Positions 9,105-19,468 are shown, numbered from the stretch's first letter. The stretch: DNA of 64,000 nucleotides from an uncultured Bacteroidales bacterium (GCA_902775975.1 CACYOC010000014.1:14105-78104); one strand, 5' to 3'. Numbers and translations are program-made. The notes: generated from the sequence alone by a model not told the origin.

Positions 9105-10592
9105 TTACTTCTTCGACTTCTTGACTTTCATCTTGTCGCTGGTGGTGTTGGCCAGAGAGCGAACACAACGGAAACCAATGTAGGAACGGGGCTGGTTCTG
9201 GTATTCGTACGAGCGCCATGCCGAGCGGATGTAGCTCTCAGGGTCTTTCCATGAACCTCCGCGCACACTCTTCTTCTTCAGTCGGTAGGGGTCTTCCTTG
9301 GCGGCATTGTACTGCAGCTGTGGATTGATGTCGTTCATGGCTTCCACACCTGCTTCGGTATAGATGGTGCTACACCATTCCGCCACGTTACCTGCCATAT
9401 CGTAGAGTCCATTGGAGTTCGAAGAGTAGATACCCGTCCTGCTGGTAATCAGATTACCGTCTTTGGTATAGTTACCGTTGTCGGGCTTGAAGTTGGCAAA
9501 GAAGCAGCCGTTGCCGCTGACAACATCCTGGTTCTCCCAGGGGAACTCGTTCTGGTCCTTGCCACGGGCAGCATACTCCCATTCTGCTTCTGTCGGCAGG
9601 CGATAACGCTGTATGTAACGGGCTGCTCCACCAAGTCCTTTCAACAGGAACTCGGTACGCCAGGCACAGAAAGCGTTGGCTTGCTCCCAGGTGACACCTA
9701 CCACGGGATAGTCGTTATAGGCGGCATTCGAGAAGTAATAGCGCATGTAGCTCTCGTTGTCGGCATTGGGGAAGTCGTTCACCCAGCAAGTGGTGTCGGG
9801 ATAGATGTTGATGATGTAGGTGTTCAGGAAATCCCAGGGACCTGTATGTTCACGGTTGATGGTCTCGCGGATAATCACGCCCTCATCGTTGACATAGGCG
9901 GTATCCTTCGAAATCATAATCTTCTCGTTCGGGTTCTCACGGATGTCGGTGTTCAGCACACGCTCCTCGTGCTTTAGACGATACTTGCGCTTAGCGGCTT
10001 CCGTATAGTCAAAGACTTCGTAGCGATAGTTCATCTGTCGCCAGTCGAGCATCTTCTCGTCCGTCACAGGGTTGATGGTATAGACACTCTCGATGGCGCG
10101 CTGCTCGTCCTCGTTAGGCTTGCGGGGCAGGGGCTTCTTCCAGTTCAGATGAGGCTTCACGGGATCGCCGTTCTTGTCCTCTTCAATCTTGTAGGTCTCA
10201 TCACCACCGTAGGCAGGGTCTGCCAGACGCTCGCGGATAATAGAGTCGCGGACATACATCACAAACTGACGATACATGGAGTTCGTGACCTCACGCTCGT
10301 CCATCCAGAAACCTTCTATGGAGATGTCCTTTACGGGAGTCTGTTTGCCCCACAAAGAGTCTTGCTTGTCAAGACCCATCTTCAGATGACCACGCTTGAT
10401 CAGCGTCATGCCGTAGGGAGCAGGCTCATTGAAGGCCCTTCCGCTGACACCTGTCACCTCGCCGCCGGTTGCTGATACGTGCTTGCCACCGAAGCAACCG
10501 GTCAGTAATAGTAAAAAGGTAAAAAGGCAAAGAGATAAAAGCTTTTCTGCCCATCTGCCTTCTTGCTTCTTCGTATTTGCTCTTTCTTTCAT
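9105..10592 (-). CDS. porK: T9SS lipoprotein PorK/GldK (FGE-sulfatase fold)
   Basis: Lipobox LLTGC, RLPTEAEWEYAARG, GLYDMAGNVAEW, RGGSW, GFRCV. Confidence 0.93.
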   Translation of the reverse strand: MKERANTKKQEGRWAEKLLSLCLFTFLLLLTGCFGGKHVSATGGEVTGVSGRAFNEPAPYGMTLIKRGHLKMGLDKQDSLWGKQTPVKDISIEGFWMDEREVTNSMYRQFVMYVRDSIIRERLADPAYGGDETYKIEEDKNGDPVKPHLNWKKPLPRKPNEDEQRAIESVYTINPVTDEKMLDWRQMNYRYEVFDYTEAAKRKYRLKHEERVLNTDIRENPNEKIMISKDTAYVNDEGVIIRETINREHTGPWDFLNTYIINIYPDTTCWVNDFPNADNESYMRYYFSNAAYNDYPVVGVTWEQANAFCAWRTEFLLKGLGGAARYIQRYRLPTEAEWEYAARGKDQNEFPWENQDVVSGNGCFFANFKPDNGNYTKDGNLITSRTGIYSSNSNGLYDMAGNVAEWCSTIYTEAGVEAMNDINPQLQYNAAKEDPYRLKKKSVRGGSWKDPESYIRSAWRSYEYQNQPRSYIGFRCVRSLANTTSDKMKVKKSKK

Positions 10593-10663
10593 ATATCCGT
10601 ATTTTTATAATTTTGTTTCTTCGTTTGGACTCCCCTGCTATCCTCAAAAGAAGTGAGGAGAGA

Positions 10664-11620
10664 TTAAAGTATTCTTACACTTTGGTGCCTGTTACGACCT
10701 TTTTTCTCAAAGTTCAGCGTCGTCTGGTAGCCTACAAACAGCTCGTGGCTGCCGTTGCCAATCTTCAGCACGGAGGTGTAGAACTCGTAGCTGTATCCCA
10801 AGCAGATGCCGTGGAAATTGCCGCCGATGAATCCTGTTACTGAATTCTTGGGGCTGTATCCTATGCCGGCATAGAGCATTTTCTGCTCATGGGTGTATTT
10901 CACACGTGTCGTTATATCTGCCCTGTAGTTCGTACCGTCGTACGTTCCTAACACAGAGGGGTGTATTGTAAAGAACGGATTCCTCAACCGAATATTGTAT
11001 CCACCCGTTAAATAATATGCACGACTGATGTTCAAAATGGAGCGGTCGCCCAGTTCTATAGAGGGTGCTGTGGTGTGTAGCACAGAGACTCCGGCGTACC
11101 AGTTGCGGTGCTTGTAGTACAGACCTGCCGAGAGGTCTATGCCTACGTTGTTGACGTCTGATTTCGTAAAGGCGGGGTCATCGGTGTTCTCCAAGTCCAG
11201 ACTGCTGCCCTTGAACTTTTCGCTGAGCAAGCCAAACTGTACGCCGGTGCTCAGCGAACCACCGAAAAGATTTACCTTGAAGTTGTACTGGAGCACCAGT
11301 CGCTGGTGATTGAACAGACCAATCTGGTCGTTCATGAGCTGGATGCCAACGCCATGGAAGTGGTTGAGCAGACGAAAGGGCATGTCGGCTCCGATATACA
11401 TAGTCTTGGGGGCATTCTCAAAACCTGTCAGCGTCATGTTGTAAGCTCCCGTCACGTTGACAACGGGGTCTTTGCCGGCTGCCGCAGGGTTATACGAAGG
11501 CTCCATCGCCCAGTAGTGGGAGAAGTGGGGCTCCTGTTGCGCCTGAGCAGTCAGCACCGTCAACAGGAGGAATGCCGATATGACGTATCTTCGTATAAGC
11601 ACGTTATAAATAACGCTCAT
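10664..11620 (-). CDS. porP: T9SS membrane protein PorP/SprF family
   Basis: AQQEPHFSHY..YNPAAAG, GSHE motif; first gene of porPKLMN. Confidence 0.9.
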   Translation of the reverse strand: MSVIYNVLIRRYVISAFLLLTVLTAQAQQEPHFSHYWAMEPSYNPAAAGKDPVVNVTGAYNMTLTGFENAPKTMYIGADMPFRLLNHFHGVGIQLMNDQIGLFNHQRLVLQYNFKVNLFGGSLSTGVQFGLLSEKFKGSSLDLENTDDPAFTKSDVNNVGIDLSAGLYYKHRNWYAGVSVLHTTAPSIELGDRSILNISRAYYLTGGYNIRLRNPFFTIHPSVLGTYDGTNYRADITTRVKYTHEQKMLYAGIGYSPKNSVTGFIGGNFHGICLGYSYEFYTSVLKIGNGSHELFVGYQTTLNFEKKGRNRHQSVRIL

Positions 11621-11655
11621 TCGTCTTGTTTATTGTCTAACCGGCCTCACCTATA

Positions 11656-12993
11656 TTATATAATAGGTAGTGAGATGCCGTTGATTTTCTGATAGACATC
11701 CAGGGCATAGACATCGGTCATGCCTGATATGTAGTCGATAACCGCCATGAGACGAGTCTCTAAGTCTTGCGCGTCAATGTCGTACTGACTGGACACGCGG
11801 CCTATGAGCTGTTGCGAATAATAGCGCTCGGGGTGCATCACCGCTTCTACCATCTGCTCCATCAGTGTTGCCATGATTTTATAACCCGACAACTCTACGT
11901 CCAGCACCGGGCGACTCTTGTAGATACGGTCAACCGACAGTTCTGAGCAGCGGCGATAGGCATCGCGTTGCAGGGGAGCGATATGGTCGATAAGTCCCTT
12001 GGTGAAAGTGCCGTTGAGTATCTCTTCCTCGTGTTCCATGAAGGCATTTACACATTCATTTTCTAACTTGCCGATGACGCACGACCTCATATAGACAATC
12101 TGTTCGTTGGGGTCTGTCAGCTGTTCGTCCTGGATGCGCTGCAGAATGCGCTGCTGTGTCTCGTCGTCAAAGAATCCCAGCATCAGCTGTGAAGTCTCGT
12201 TTAAAGAAACGATTTTCAGCTTATGGGCATCCTCCAAGTCCATGATTTCATAACAGATGTCATCGGCGGCCTCTACCAGATACACGAGTGGATGACGGGC
12301 ATAGCGCAGCGGTTCTCCGTCTGCCGAGAGGCGCAAGAGTCCCATCTCTTCCGCCAGTCGCTGGTAGATGTCTTGCTCCGTTTGGAAGAAGCCGAACTTC
12401 CCCTTCTTTCCTGCTGCCGACGAGGCATAAGGATACTTCACGATACTGGCAATGGTGGAGTAGGTCATCACGAAACCGCCGGGACGGCGCCCCTTGAACT
12501 GGTGGGTGAGCAGTCGGAAGGCGTTGGCATTACCCTCGAAGTGGGTGATGTCGTCCCAGAAAGCAGGACTGACAAGTGCCTTCAACTGACGGCCGTTCCC
12601 TTCGGTAAAAAAAGTCTGGATGGCTTTCTCGCCACTGTGACCGAAAGGCGGATTGCCCAAGTCGTGTGCCAGACAGGCGGTGGCAACGATCTGTCCTATC
12701 TGTTCAAACAGCGTATCTTTCAGTTCCGGGCGCTTCTGGACGATGCGCTGAGCGACATCATTGCCTAACGACATGCCTACACTCGACACTTCCAACGAGT
12801 GCGTCAGTCGGTTGTGTACGAAGACGCTGCCCGGCAAGGGGAAGACCTGCGTCTTGTTTTGCAGACGACGAAAAGGTGCCGAGAAAATCAGTCGGTCATA
12901 GTCGCGCTTGAACTCCGTGCGGTCGTCATGCCGCTCCGTGTGGCGGTGTTCCTGTCCTAACCGCTTGTTCGATATTAGCTGTTTCCATTCCAT
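11656..12993 (-). CDS. dgt: Deoxyguanosinetriphosphate triphosphohydrolase
   Basis: FRRLQNKTQVF, HNRLTHSLEV, AHDLGNPPFGHSGE, EAADDICY, DYISGMTD. Confidence 0.93.
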   Translation of the reverse strand: MEWKQLISNKRLGQEHRHTERHDDRTEFKRDYDRLIFSAPFRRLQNKTQVFPLPGSVFVHNRLTHSLEVSSVGMSLGNDVAQRIVQKRPELKDTLFEQIGQIVATACLAHDLGNPPFGHSGEKAIQTFFTEGNGRQLKALVSPAFWDDITHFEGNANAFRLLTHQFKGRRPGGFVMTYSTIASIVKYPYASSAAGKKGKFGFFQTEQDIYQRLAEEMGLLRLSADGEPLRYARHPLVYLVEAADDICYEIMDLEDAHKLKIVSLNETSQLMLGFFDDETQQRILQRIQDEQLTDPNEQIVYMRSCVIGKLENECVNAFMEHEEEILNGTFTKGLIDHIAPLQRDAYRRCSELSVDRIYKSRPVLDVELSGYKIMATLMEQMVEAVMHPERYYSQQLIGRVSSQYDIDAQDLETRLMAVIDYISGMTDVYALDVYQKINGISLPII

Positions 12994-13067
12994 AACTGGG
13001 TACAAAGGTACAAAATAATTGAAGATAATGAATGAAAAAGTGAAGAATATTTTGTAATTTTGCTCCC

Positions 13068-15053
13068 GTGAAACGGATATTGTTACTTATCGCCTGTCTT
13101 TTACCTCTCACCTCAATCGCTCAGAGCGACTGGCGTGAGACCTTGCGGCAATGGTTGATGAAAGAAGATATAGAAGAGAATTACGGGGAGGAAACCCTGG
13201 AACTGTTTGAGCAGTTGGCAGCCGACCCGATTAACCTCAACCAGACCAGTCGTGAGGAGTTGGAGCAGTTGCCGTTTCTCTCTGAACAGCAGGTGGAAGG
13301 ATTGGTGGAATATATCGACCGACATAGTCCCATCCGCTCGTTGAGCGAGCTGCAGGTCATCAAAGCCCTTGACTATTATACGCGACATCTGCTCCAACAC
13401 TTCGTATATGTTGGCGAGATGGCTCCCCGTCGCCTTTTCCCTCCGCTGGACACGGTGGCGAAATATGGTCATCATAACCTGATGGCTACGGGTAAGATTC
13501 CTTTCTATGAGCGTCGTGGCGACCGTAACGGCTATTTAGGCTATCGCTACCGTCACGATGTCCGCTATCAGTTTAACTATAACAACCGTGTCAAGTTCGG
13601 ACTGACGGCAGCACAGGATGCCGGTGAGCCCTTCTTTACCAATAGGAACAAGTGGGGATACGACCACTACAGCTACTATTTCCAGTTGCGGGACATCGGA
13701 CGGTTGAAGGAGCTAAACATCGGAATGTATCGCGTTCAGATGGGTATGGGACTGCTGATGAATACAGGCTTCTATTTGGGTAAGCTGGCGATGTTGCAGT
13801 CGCTGGGACGTTCGTCTCGTCTTCTGACGGCTTACAGCTCGCGGTCGTCGGCCAACTATCTGCAGGGAGCTGCCGCTACGGTGCAATTGTCAGACCATTG
13901 GCAGGTGATGGCGTTTGCTTCGTCACGGCCTGTCGATGCTACGCTGAACATGGATGGTACGGCGCGAACGCTTGTTACCGACGGCTATCACCGCACGCCG
14001 GCAGAGATGGAGAAGAAACATAACACCCGTGAGACGGACTTAGGAGGAAGAATCGGCTGGCGTCAGGGCTCGCTCTATGTGAATGCCAATGCCGTTTATA
14101 CGCATTTCGACCGCTCGCTGCAACCGCAGACCGCCACGCTCTACCGCCGCTATGCCGCCACCGGCAGTGATTTCTTCAATGTCAGTCTGGATTATGGATA
14201 TACCAACTATCCGTGGTCTTTTGCTGGCGAGACGGCTCTCAACAGGAATGGTTCGTTAGCGGCTATTCACAGTGTCAGTCTGAAAGCCTCTGATACGTGG
14301 TCGCTCATGTTGTTGCACCGCTATTACGACAAGCGCTATACAGCACTTCACTCCGGCAGCTTCAGAGAGGGCAGCAGTGTGCAGAACGAGCATGGGGTTT
14401 ATCTGGGTGCTACGTGGCAACCGTCGTGGTCATGGCAGTTGCAAGGGTATGTTGACTATGCGCACTTTCCTTGGGCACGCTATCTGGTGTCTGCTCCCAG
14501 CGATGCCTTCGACGCCTTGCTGTCTGCCCAGTGCCGTTCTCATCGATGGACACTCTATGGCCGCTATCGCTTTCATCTTCGTCAACGGGATGACAGCGAG
14601 AAGAAGAACCTGCTCAACCGAACGGAGCACCGCCTACGTTTCAGTGCTGACTATAGCGTAACCCCACAGCTGACTCTGCATAGTCAGGCTGATGCTGTCG
14701 CCAGTCAGTTTCAAGGGAAAAGCAGTCGTGGTGTGATGGTGGGAGAACAGCTGCGGTGGCAGTGGCGCTGGCTGCGCACCAGTGCCGTGTTGGCATGGTT
14801 CTGCACGGACGACTATGACAGTCGCCTCTATCAGTATGAACCTTCTGTGCGTTACGATTTCTCCTTTCCTGCCTACTATGGTCGCGGCCTTCGCTCTGCC
14901 TTGCAGCTCCGCGCTGATGTCGGACGGTTCTCTGCGACGGCGAAGGTCGGCATTACCCGCTACTTGGACCGTTCTGTCATCGGAACCGGTCTCCAGCAAG
15001 TCAACCACTCCTCCCTGTGCGACTTGCTGCTACAGCTAAGCTGTCAACTGTAG
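13068..15053 (+). CDS. Helix-hairpin-helix (ComEA-like) domain outer-membrane protein
   Basis: Signal peptide, PINLNQTSREELEQLPFLS HhH motif, beta-strand-rich remainder. Confidence 0.75.
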   Translation: MKRILLLIACLLPLTSIAQSDWRETLRQWLMKEDIEENYGEETLELFEQLAADPINLNQTSREELEQLPFLSEQQVEGLVEYIDRHSPIRSLSELQVIKALDYYTRHLLQHFVYVGEMAPRRLFPPLDTVAKYGHHNLMATGKIPFYERRGDRNGYLGYRYRHDVRYQFNYNNRVKFGLTAAQDAGEPFFTNRNKWGYDHYSYYFQLRDIGRLKELNIGMYRVQMGMGLLMNTGFYLGKLAMLQSLGRSSRLLTAYSSRSSANYLQGAAATVQLSDHWQVMAFASSRPVDATLNMDGTARTLVTDGYHRTPAEMEKKHNTRETDLGGRIGWRQGSLYVNANAVYTHFDRSLQPQTATLYRRYAATGSDFFNVSLDYGYTNYPWSFAGETALNRNGSLAAIHSVSLKASDTWSLMLLHRYYDKRYTALHSGSFREGSSVQNEHGVYLGATWQPSWSWQLQGYVDYAHFPWARYLVSAPSDAFDALLSAQCRSHRWTLYGRYRFHLRQRDDSEKKNLLNRTEHRLRFSADYSVTPQLTLHSQADAVASQFQGKSSRGVMVGEQLRWQWRWLRTSAVLAWFCTDDYDSRLYQYEPSVRYDFSFPAYYGRGLRSALQLRADVGRFSATAKVGITRYLDRSVIGTGLQQVNHSSLCDLLLQLSCQL

Positions 15054-15057
15054 TGTC

Positions 15058-16158
15058 TTACCTTCTGTATAGTTCAGCCACCTGCTGGGCGACGTTGTTG
15101 CCCTCAAAGCGTTTGATGTACTCCCTGCTTTTGGCGATGCGCTCCTGTCGGTTGCGACCGCCTCGCAGCGACATCTTCAACGCTTCCGACATGCCGATGG
15201 CATCGTCAGGACTGATATAGCGGTTGTAGGGACCGCCTGCCTCCTCTAAGCAGGAGCCGGTACAAGCCACCACGGGCAGTCCGGCGGCAATGGCTTCGAT
15301 GATGGGAATGCCGAAACCTTCGTAGCGTGACGGATAGACAAAGACTTCTGCCAGCGCATAGATGGCCGCCAAATCTTCATCGGGCACGCCGCTCAGCATG
15401 TGCAGACGCTCGCTATTCGGCAGTTCCTTGACATAGTCTGTCTGGCGACCTACCGCCACCAGATGAATGTCCTGCGGCAACAGTTCTACAGCCTCTATCG
15501 CTACTGCCAGATTCTTGCGCTTCTCGATGGTTCCTACGTTCAGCACGAAACGCTGGGGCAGCTTGTAGCGTTTCCGTACGTCGTCCTTGCGTTCGGCACT
15601 CACCTCCGTAGAGAAACGGGGAGCAAAACTCTGATAGATGACGCTGATGCGGTCGGCATACTCCTCGCCGCCCAATTCTAAGATGTCTTGCCGGGTGCGC
15701 TCGCTGATGGCAATGATATGGTCTGCCTCCTTGAGTGCCTGCCGGAATTTCCATTCGTAGATTTTCGTGTCTAACCAGTGATAGTATTCGGGATGACGCA
15801 TAAAGATAAGGTCGTGGATGGTCACAATACCTCGGATGCCTGCCTGGCGCAGTCCTGTCGGCAGTTCGCCTGACAGTCCGTGATAGACGGTCACTCCGTC
15901 GTGCAGCAGGTCTTTGATGATACCCCGTGAGCGCCACCATGCCTTTCTGATAGCCGAAGGATTTCCCTTGGGATAGAAGAACTCTGTACCCTCAATCATC
16001 TGACTGCGCAAGTCCTCGCGTCCTTCGTCCGGCGCATAGAGCCTGAGTTCCATGTCGTTGTCGCCCAACCGGATAAGATCGTTCACCAACGTGCGTCCGT
16101 AGCTTCCCAAACCTGTGCCGTTGCGCACAATGCGCTTAGCGTCAATACCTACTATCAT
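15058..16158 (-). CDS. Glycosyltransferase family 4 (probable mannosyltransferase)
   Basis: TIHDLIF, VGTIEKRKN, YPSRYEGFGIPIIEA. Confidence 0.9.
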   Translation of the reverse strand: MIVGIDAKRIVRNGTGLGSYGRTLVNDLIRLGDNDMELRLYAPDEGREDLRSQMIEGTEFFYPKGNPSAIRKAWWRSRGIIKDLLHDGVTVYHGLSGELPTGLRQAGIRGIVTIHDLIFMRHPEYYHWLDTKIYEWKFRQALKEADHIIAISERTRQDILELGGEEYADRISVIYQSFAPRFSTEVSAERKDDVRKRYKLPQRFVLNVGTIEKRKNLAVAIEAVELLPQDIHLVAVGRQTDYVKELPNSERLHMLSGVPDEDLAAIYALAEVFVYPSRYEGFGIPIIEAIAAGLPVVACTGSCLEEAGGPYNRYISPDDAIGMSEALKMSLRGGRNRQERIAKSREYIKRFEGNNVAQQVAELYRR

Positions 16159-16188
16159 ATAAATTATTCCTTGTCTTGTCTCTTGCTC

Positions 16189-17280
16189 TTATACAAAGTC
16201 GTCGCCGTATTTTATCTGCACCTCCGACACGTACTTTCTGACCATAGCCGACGAGTCGCCTTTCTTGCAGATAAACAGCACGTTACCTTCTTCGGCCACG
16301 ATGTAGCCATCCAGTCCGTTGATGACGCCCAACTTTCCTTTCGGCAGTTTGATGACATTGTTATGAGCGTCTTCCAGCATCACTTCCGAGTCGATGACGA
16401 CATTGTCGCCATCGCCCTTGCTCATGCTTTCATAGATAGAATGCCATGTGCCCAGGTCTGCCCAGCCAAAGTCGCAGGTCATCACATACACATTGCTTCC
16501 TCGCTCCAGTACACACTGGTCGATACTCAGCTTGGGGTAGGAGGGGTAGTTCTCGTCGACAAACGCCATTTCCTGTTCGATGGTGTAGTTGAAGCTGGAG
16601 GTGTCAAACTGGTTCAAGACCTCGGGGAACAGCTTGCGGAAGCAGTCGTGCAGATAGCGGGCATTGGCAAACAACAGCCCAGTGTTCCACAGAAACTCGC
16701 CGCTCTCCATGAACATCTTGGCAAATTCGCGCTCGGGCTTCTCGGTAAACGACTGTATTTGATAGATGCCGTCCGTATCCGAAGGGTCGCCTTTCTGAAT
16801 GTATCCGTAGCCTGGTTCGGGACGTGTGGGCTTAACGCCCATTGTCAGCAGAATGTCGTGGTGACGAATAAAGTTAAAGGCTTCTTCGATGTTGGCATAG
16901 AATGCCTCTTCGTTCTGCACGAACTGGTCGCTGGGAGTGACTACGATATAGCCTTCGTGATTGCGGCGACAGACTCGCATGTCTGCCCAAGCGACGCTGG
17001 GAGCCGTCCCTCGGTAGATGGGTTCAATCATCAGGTTCTCCTCGTGTAGCTCGGGCAACTGCTGCCGAACCAGCGGAGCATACTCCTTGTTGGTGCAGAT
17101 GAGAATGTTCTCCTTGGGAAGTATCTTGACGAATCGGTCGAAGGTTTGCTGTAGCTGTGTGCGCCCCACTCCGAAGAAGTCAATGAACTGCTTCGGCAGC
17201 TCCATACGGCTGCTGGGCCACAGTCGGCGGCCTCTTCCTCCCGCTAAGATGACACAGAAATTATCTTCGTTTATTTTCAT
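16189..17280 (-). CDS. manC: Mannose-1-phosphate guanylyltransferase
   Basis: VILAGG.G.RLWP.SR..PKQF, PEPGYGYI, FTEKP, WADLGTW. Confidence 0.92.
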   Translation of the reverse strand: MKINEDNFCVILAGGRGRRLWPSSRMELPKQFIDFFGVGRTQLQQTFDRFVKILPKENILICTNKEYAPLVRQQLPELHEENLMIEPIYRGTAPSVAWADMRVCRRNHEGYIVVTPSDQFVQNEEAFYANIEEAFNFIRHHDILLTMGVKPTRPEPGYGYIQKGDPSDTDGIYQIQSFTEKPEREFAKMFMESGEFLWNTGLLFANARYLHDCFRKLFPEVLNQFDTSSFNYTIEQEMAFVDENYPSYPKLSIDQCVLERGSNVYVMTCDFGWADLGTWHSIYESMSKGDGDNVVIDSEVMLEDAHNNVIKLPKGKLGVINGLDGYIVAEEGNVLFICKKGDSSAMVRKYVSEVQIKYGDDFV

Positions 17281-17420
17281 AAGTTAGTAGATTTAGTGCT
17301 TTTTCGACTACTAAGGTACAAAGTTTTTAGATAACGTACAAGAAAATACGCTCTTTTTTAATTTTTTTATTCTTTTCTTTGGTTTTTTGCCGCATTTGTT
17401 GTACCTTTGCACCCGCTTAA

Positions 17421-17502
17421 GCCCAGATGGCGGAATCGGTAGACGCGCTGGTCTCAAACACCAGTGGGGCAACCCATCCCGGTTCGAGCCCGGGTCTGGG
17501 TA
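17421..17502 (+). tRNA. tRNA-Leu(CAA)
   Basis: GCCCAGA/TCTGGGT acceptor stem, anticodon arm CTGGT-CTCAAAC-ACCAG, long variable arm, GGTTCGAG T-loop; TACCTTTG promoter upstream. Confidence 0.95.
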
Positions 17503-17514
17503 CAACGCTTAGGC

Positions 17515-17560
17515 AAAAGAAATCGTGCTGCAAATGAGGTTTGCAGCACGATTCTTTTTT
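17515..17560. terminator. Bidirectional terminator between tRNA-Leu and argS
   Basis: AATCGTGCTGCAAA...TTTGCAGCACGATT stem with A/T tracts on both sides. Confidence 0.8.
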
Positions 17561-17580
17561 ATTATCTCGCTCCGAGTTTC

Positions 17581-19389
17581 TTACATGCGCTCAGGAACTT
17601 CAATACCTAACAGGTTCATGCCGTTCTTCAGAATCTTGGCAACGTTGCGTGCCAAGACCAGACGGAAGGCTTTCTTGTCGGCATCCGGCTCGTTGAGGAT
17701 GCTGTAGTCGTGGTAGAACTGGTTGAAGACCTTTGTCAGTTCGTAGCAGTAGTTAGCAATACCGCTGGGACTATAGTCCTTGCCAGCCTGCTCCACGGCA
17801 GCACCGTATTCGCTCATTTTCTGGATGAGCTCTACCTCCTTATCTGCAAGACTAGGTGTACTAGAAAGACTAGGCGTACTAGTATTAGCAGCTTTACGTA
17901 AGATAGAACGGATGCGGGCATGAGTATATTGGATGAAAGGACCCGTATTGCCGTTGAAGTCGATACTCTCCTCGGGATTGAAGAGCATGTTCTTGCGGGC
18001 ATCGACCTTGAGGATGAAGTATTTCAGGGCACCCATACCTACGATGCGTGCTATCTCCTGCTTCTCTTCCTCCGTCATGTCGGCATTCTTGCCGGCTTCG
18101 TCGCTGACGCGGCGGGCATCGCTGACCATCAGTTCCATCAAGTCGTCGGCATCGACCACCGTTCCTTCACGACTCTTCATCTTACCGTTGGGCAACTCTA
18201 CCATACCGTAGGAGAAGTGGACGAGTTCCTTGCCCCACTTGAAGCCCAGACGGTCGAGCAGGATGCTGAGCACCTGGAAGTGGTAGTTCTGCTCGTTGCC
18301 TACGACGTAGATCATCTTGTCGATGGGGTAGTCCTGGAAGCGCATTTCTGCCGTGCCGATGTCCTGCGTCATATAGACGCTGGTGCCATCGGAGCGCAGC
18401 AAGAGCTTCTGGTCCAGTCCCTCGTTGGTGAGGTCTGCCCATACCGAGCCGTCGTCGTGACGCTCGAAAAGTCCCTTGGCGAGACCTTCCTCCACTTTTG
18501 CCTTACCCTTCAGGTAGGTCTGGCTTTCGTAGTAAATCTTGTCGAACGAGACGCCCATCTTCTTGTAGGTCTCGTCGAAACCGGCATATACCCAGCCGTT
18601 CATCTTCTCCCACAGGGCACGCACCTCAGGGTCGTTCTGCTCCCACTTGACGAGCATCTCGTGGGCTTCCTTGATGAGCGGAGCCTCCTGCTTGGCTTTC
18701 TCTTCGGCTTGCTCAGCGGGTAAACCGCTAAGAGCGAGTTTTTCGGCAAGGGCCTTTACCTCCTCGCGGTAGTGCTTGTCGAAGGCTACGTAGTAGTCGC
18801 CGATGAGGTGATCGCCCTTCTTGCCGCTGCTTTCGGGGGTCTCGCCGTTGCCCCACTTCAGCCATGCCAGCATAGACTTGCAGATGTGGATGCCACGGTC
18901 GTTGACGATGTTGGTCTTAACGACCTTGTAGCCGTTAGCCTGCATAATCTGGGCTAACGACCAGCCTAAGAGGTTGTTGCGGACGTGGCCCAAGTGCAGG
19001 GGTTTGTTCGTGTTGGGGCTGCTATATTCGATCATCACGAGGGGTGAACCCTCGTGCACAGCCTTTTCGCCATAGTGGGCGTCGGCGTTGATGTCTTGCA
19101 GCAGCTGAGACCAAGCGGCATCAGCAATGCTGAGGTTCAGGAAGCCCTTCACCACATTGTATTTGCTGATGGCGGGGCAGTTGGCAACGAGGTATTCGCC
19201 AATCTCTGCACCTGTCTGCTCAGGGCTCTTGCGAGCCATCTTGACGAAGGGGAACACGACGAGGGTAAGACTGCCCTCAAACTCGCTGCGCGTCTTCTGC
19301 AGCTGAACCATCTTTTCAGGCACCTCCTGTCCGTAGAGTGCCTTCACGGCAGCTTGTGCCGCCTGTTGTATCTGTTGTTCTATTTGCAT
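17581..19389 (-). CDS. argS: Arginine--tRNA ligase
   Basis: EYSSPNTNKPLHLGH (HIGH), KMKSREG (KMSKS), GNTGPFIQYTHAR. Confidence 0.97.
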   Translation of the reverse strand: MQIEQQIQQAAQAAVKALYGQEVPEKMVQLQKTRSEFEGSLTLVVFPFVKMARKSPEQTGAEIGEYLVANCPAISKYNVVKGFLNLSIADAAWSQLLQDINADAHYGEKAVHEGSPLVMIEYSSPNTNKPLHLGHVRNNLLGWSLAQIMQANGYKVVKTNIVNDRGIHICKSMLAWLKWGNGETPESSGKKGDHLIGDYYVAFDKHYREEVKALAEKLALSGLPAEQAEEKAKQEAPLIKEAHEMLVKWEQNDPEVRALWEKMNGWVYAGFDETYKKMGVSFDKIYYESQTYLKGKAKVEEGLAKGLFERHDDGSVWADLTNEGLDQKLLLRSDGTSVYMTQDIGTAEMRFQDYPIDKMIYVVGNEQNYHFQVLSILLDRLGFKWGKELVHFSYGMVELPNGKMKSREGTVVDADDLMELMVSDARRVSDEAGKNADMTEEEKQEIARIVGMGALKYFILKVDARKNMLFNPEESIDFNGNTGPFIQYTHARIRSILRKAANTSTPSLSSTPSLADKEVELIQKMSEYGAAVEQAGKDYSPSGIANYCYELTKVFNQFYHDYSILNEPDADKKAFRLVLARNVAKILKNGMNLLGIEVPERM

Positions 19390-19432
19390 ATATCTTATAA
19401 TTCTATTATCAATAATCTTCTTCTCTATCTAA

Positions 19433-19464
19433 TCCCCTCCCTTGGGGAGGGGCAGGGGGTGGGC
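19433..19464. repeat. GC-rich REP-like palindrome
   Basis: CCCCTCCC-TTG-GGGAGGGG followed by CAGGGGGTGGGC in an AT-rich spacer. Confidence 0.55.
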
Positions 19465-19468
19465 TTTT

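Noticed and set aside
5519..11620. porPKLMN as a novel system or gliding machinery
   Set aside because: Well-known T9SS core; no gliding-specific genes here
11656..12993. dGTPase as an anti-phage defence gene
   Set aside because: Typical housekeeping Dgt in core context with genome-typical codon usage
16171..17049. Long antisense ORF over manC (likewise 32540-33529, 17920-18723, 54031-54873, 61974-62795)
   Set aside because: All fully overlap well-supported genes on the other strand and show typical shadow composition
17311..17505. 64-aa ORF
   Set aside because: Antisense to tRNA-Leu
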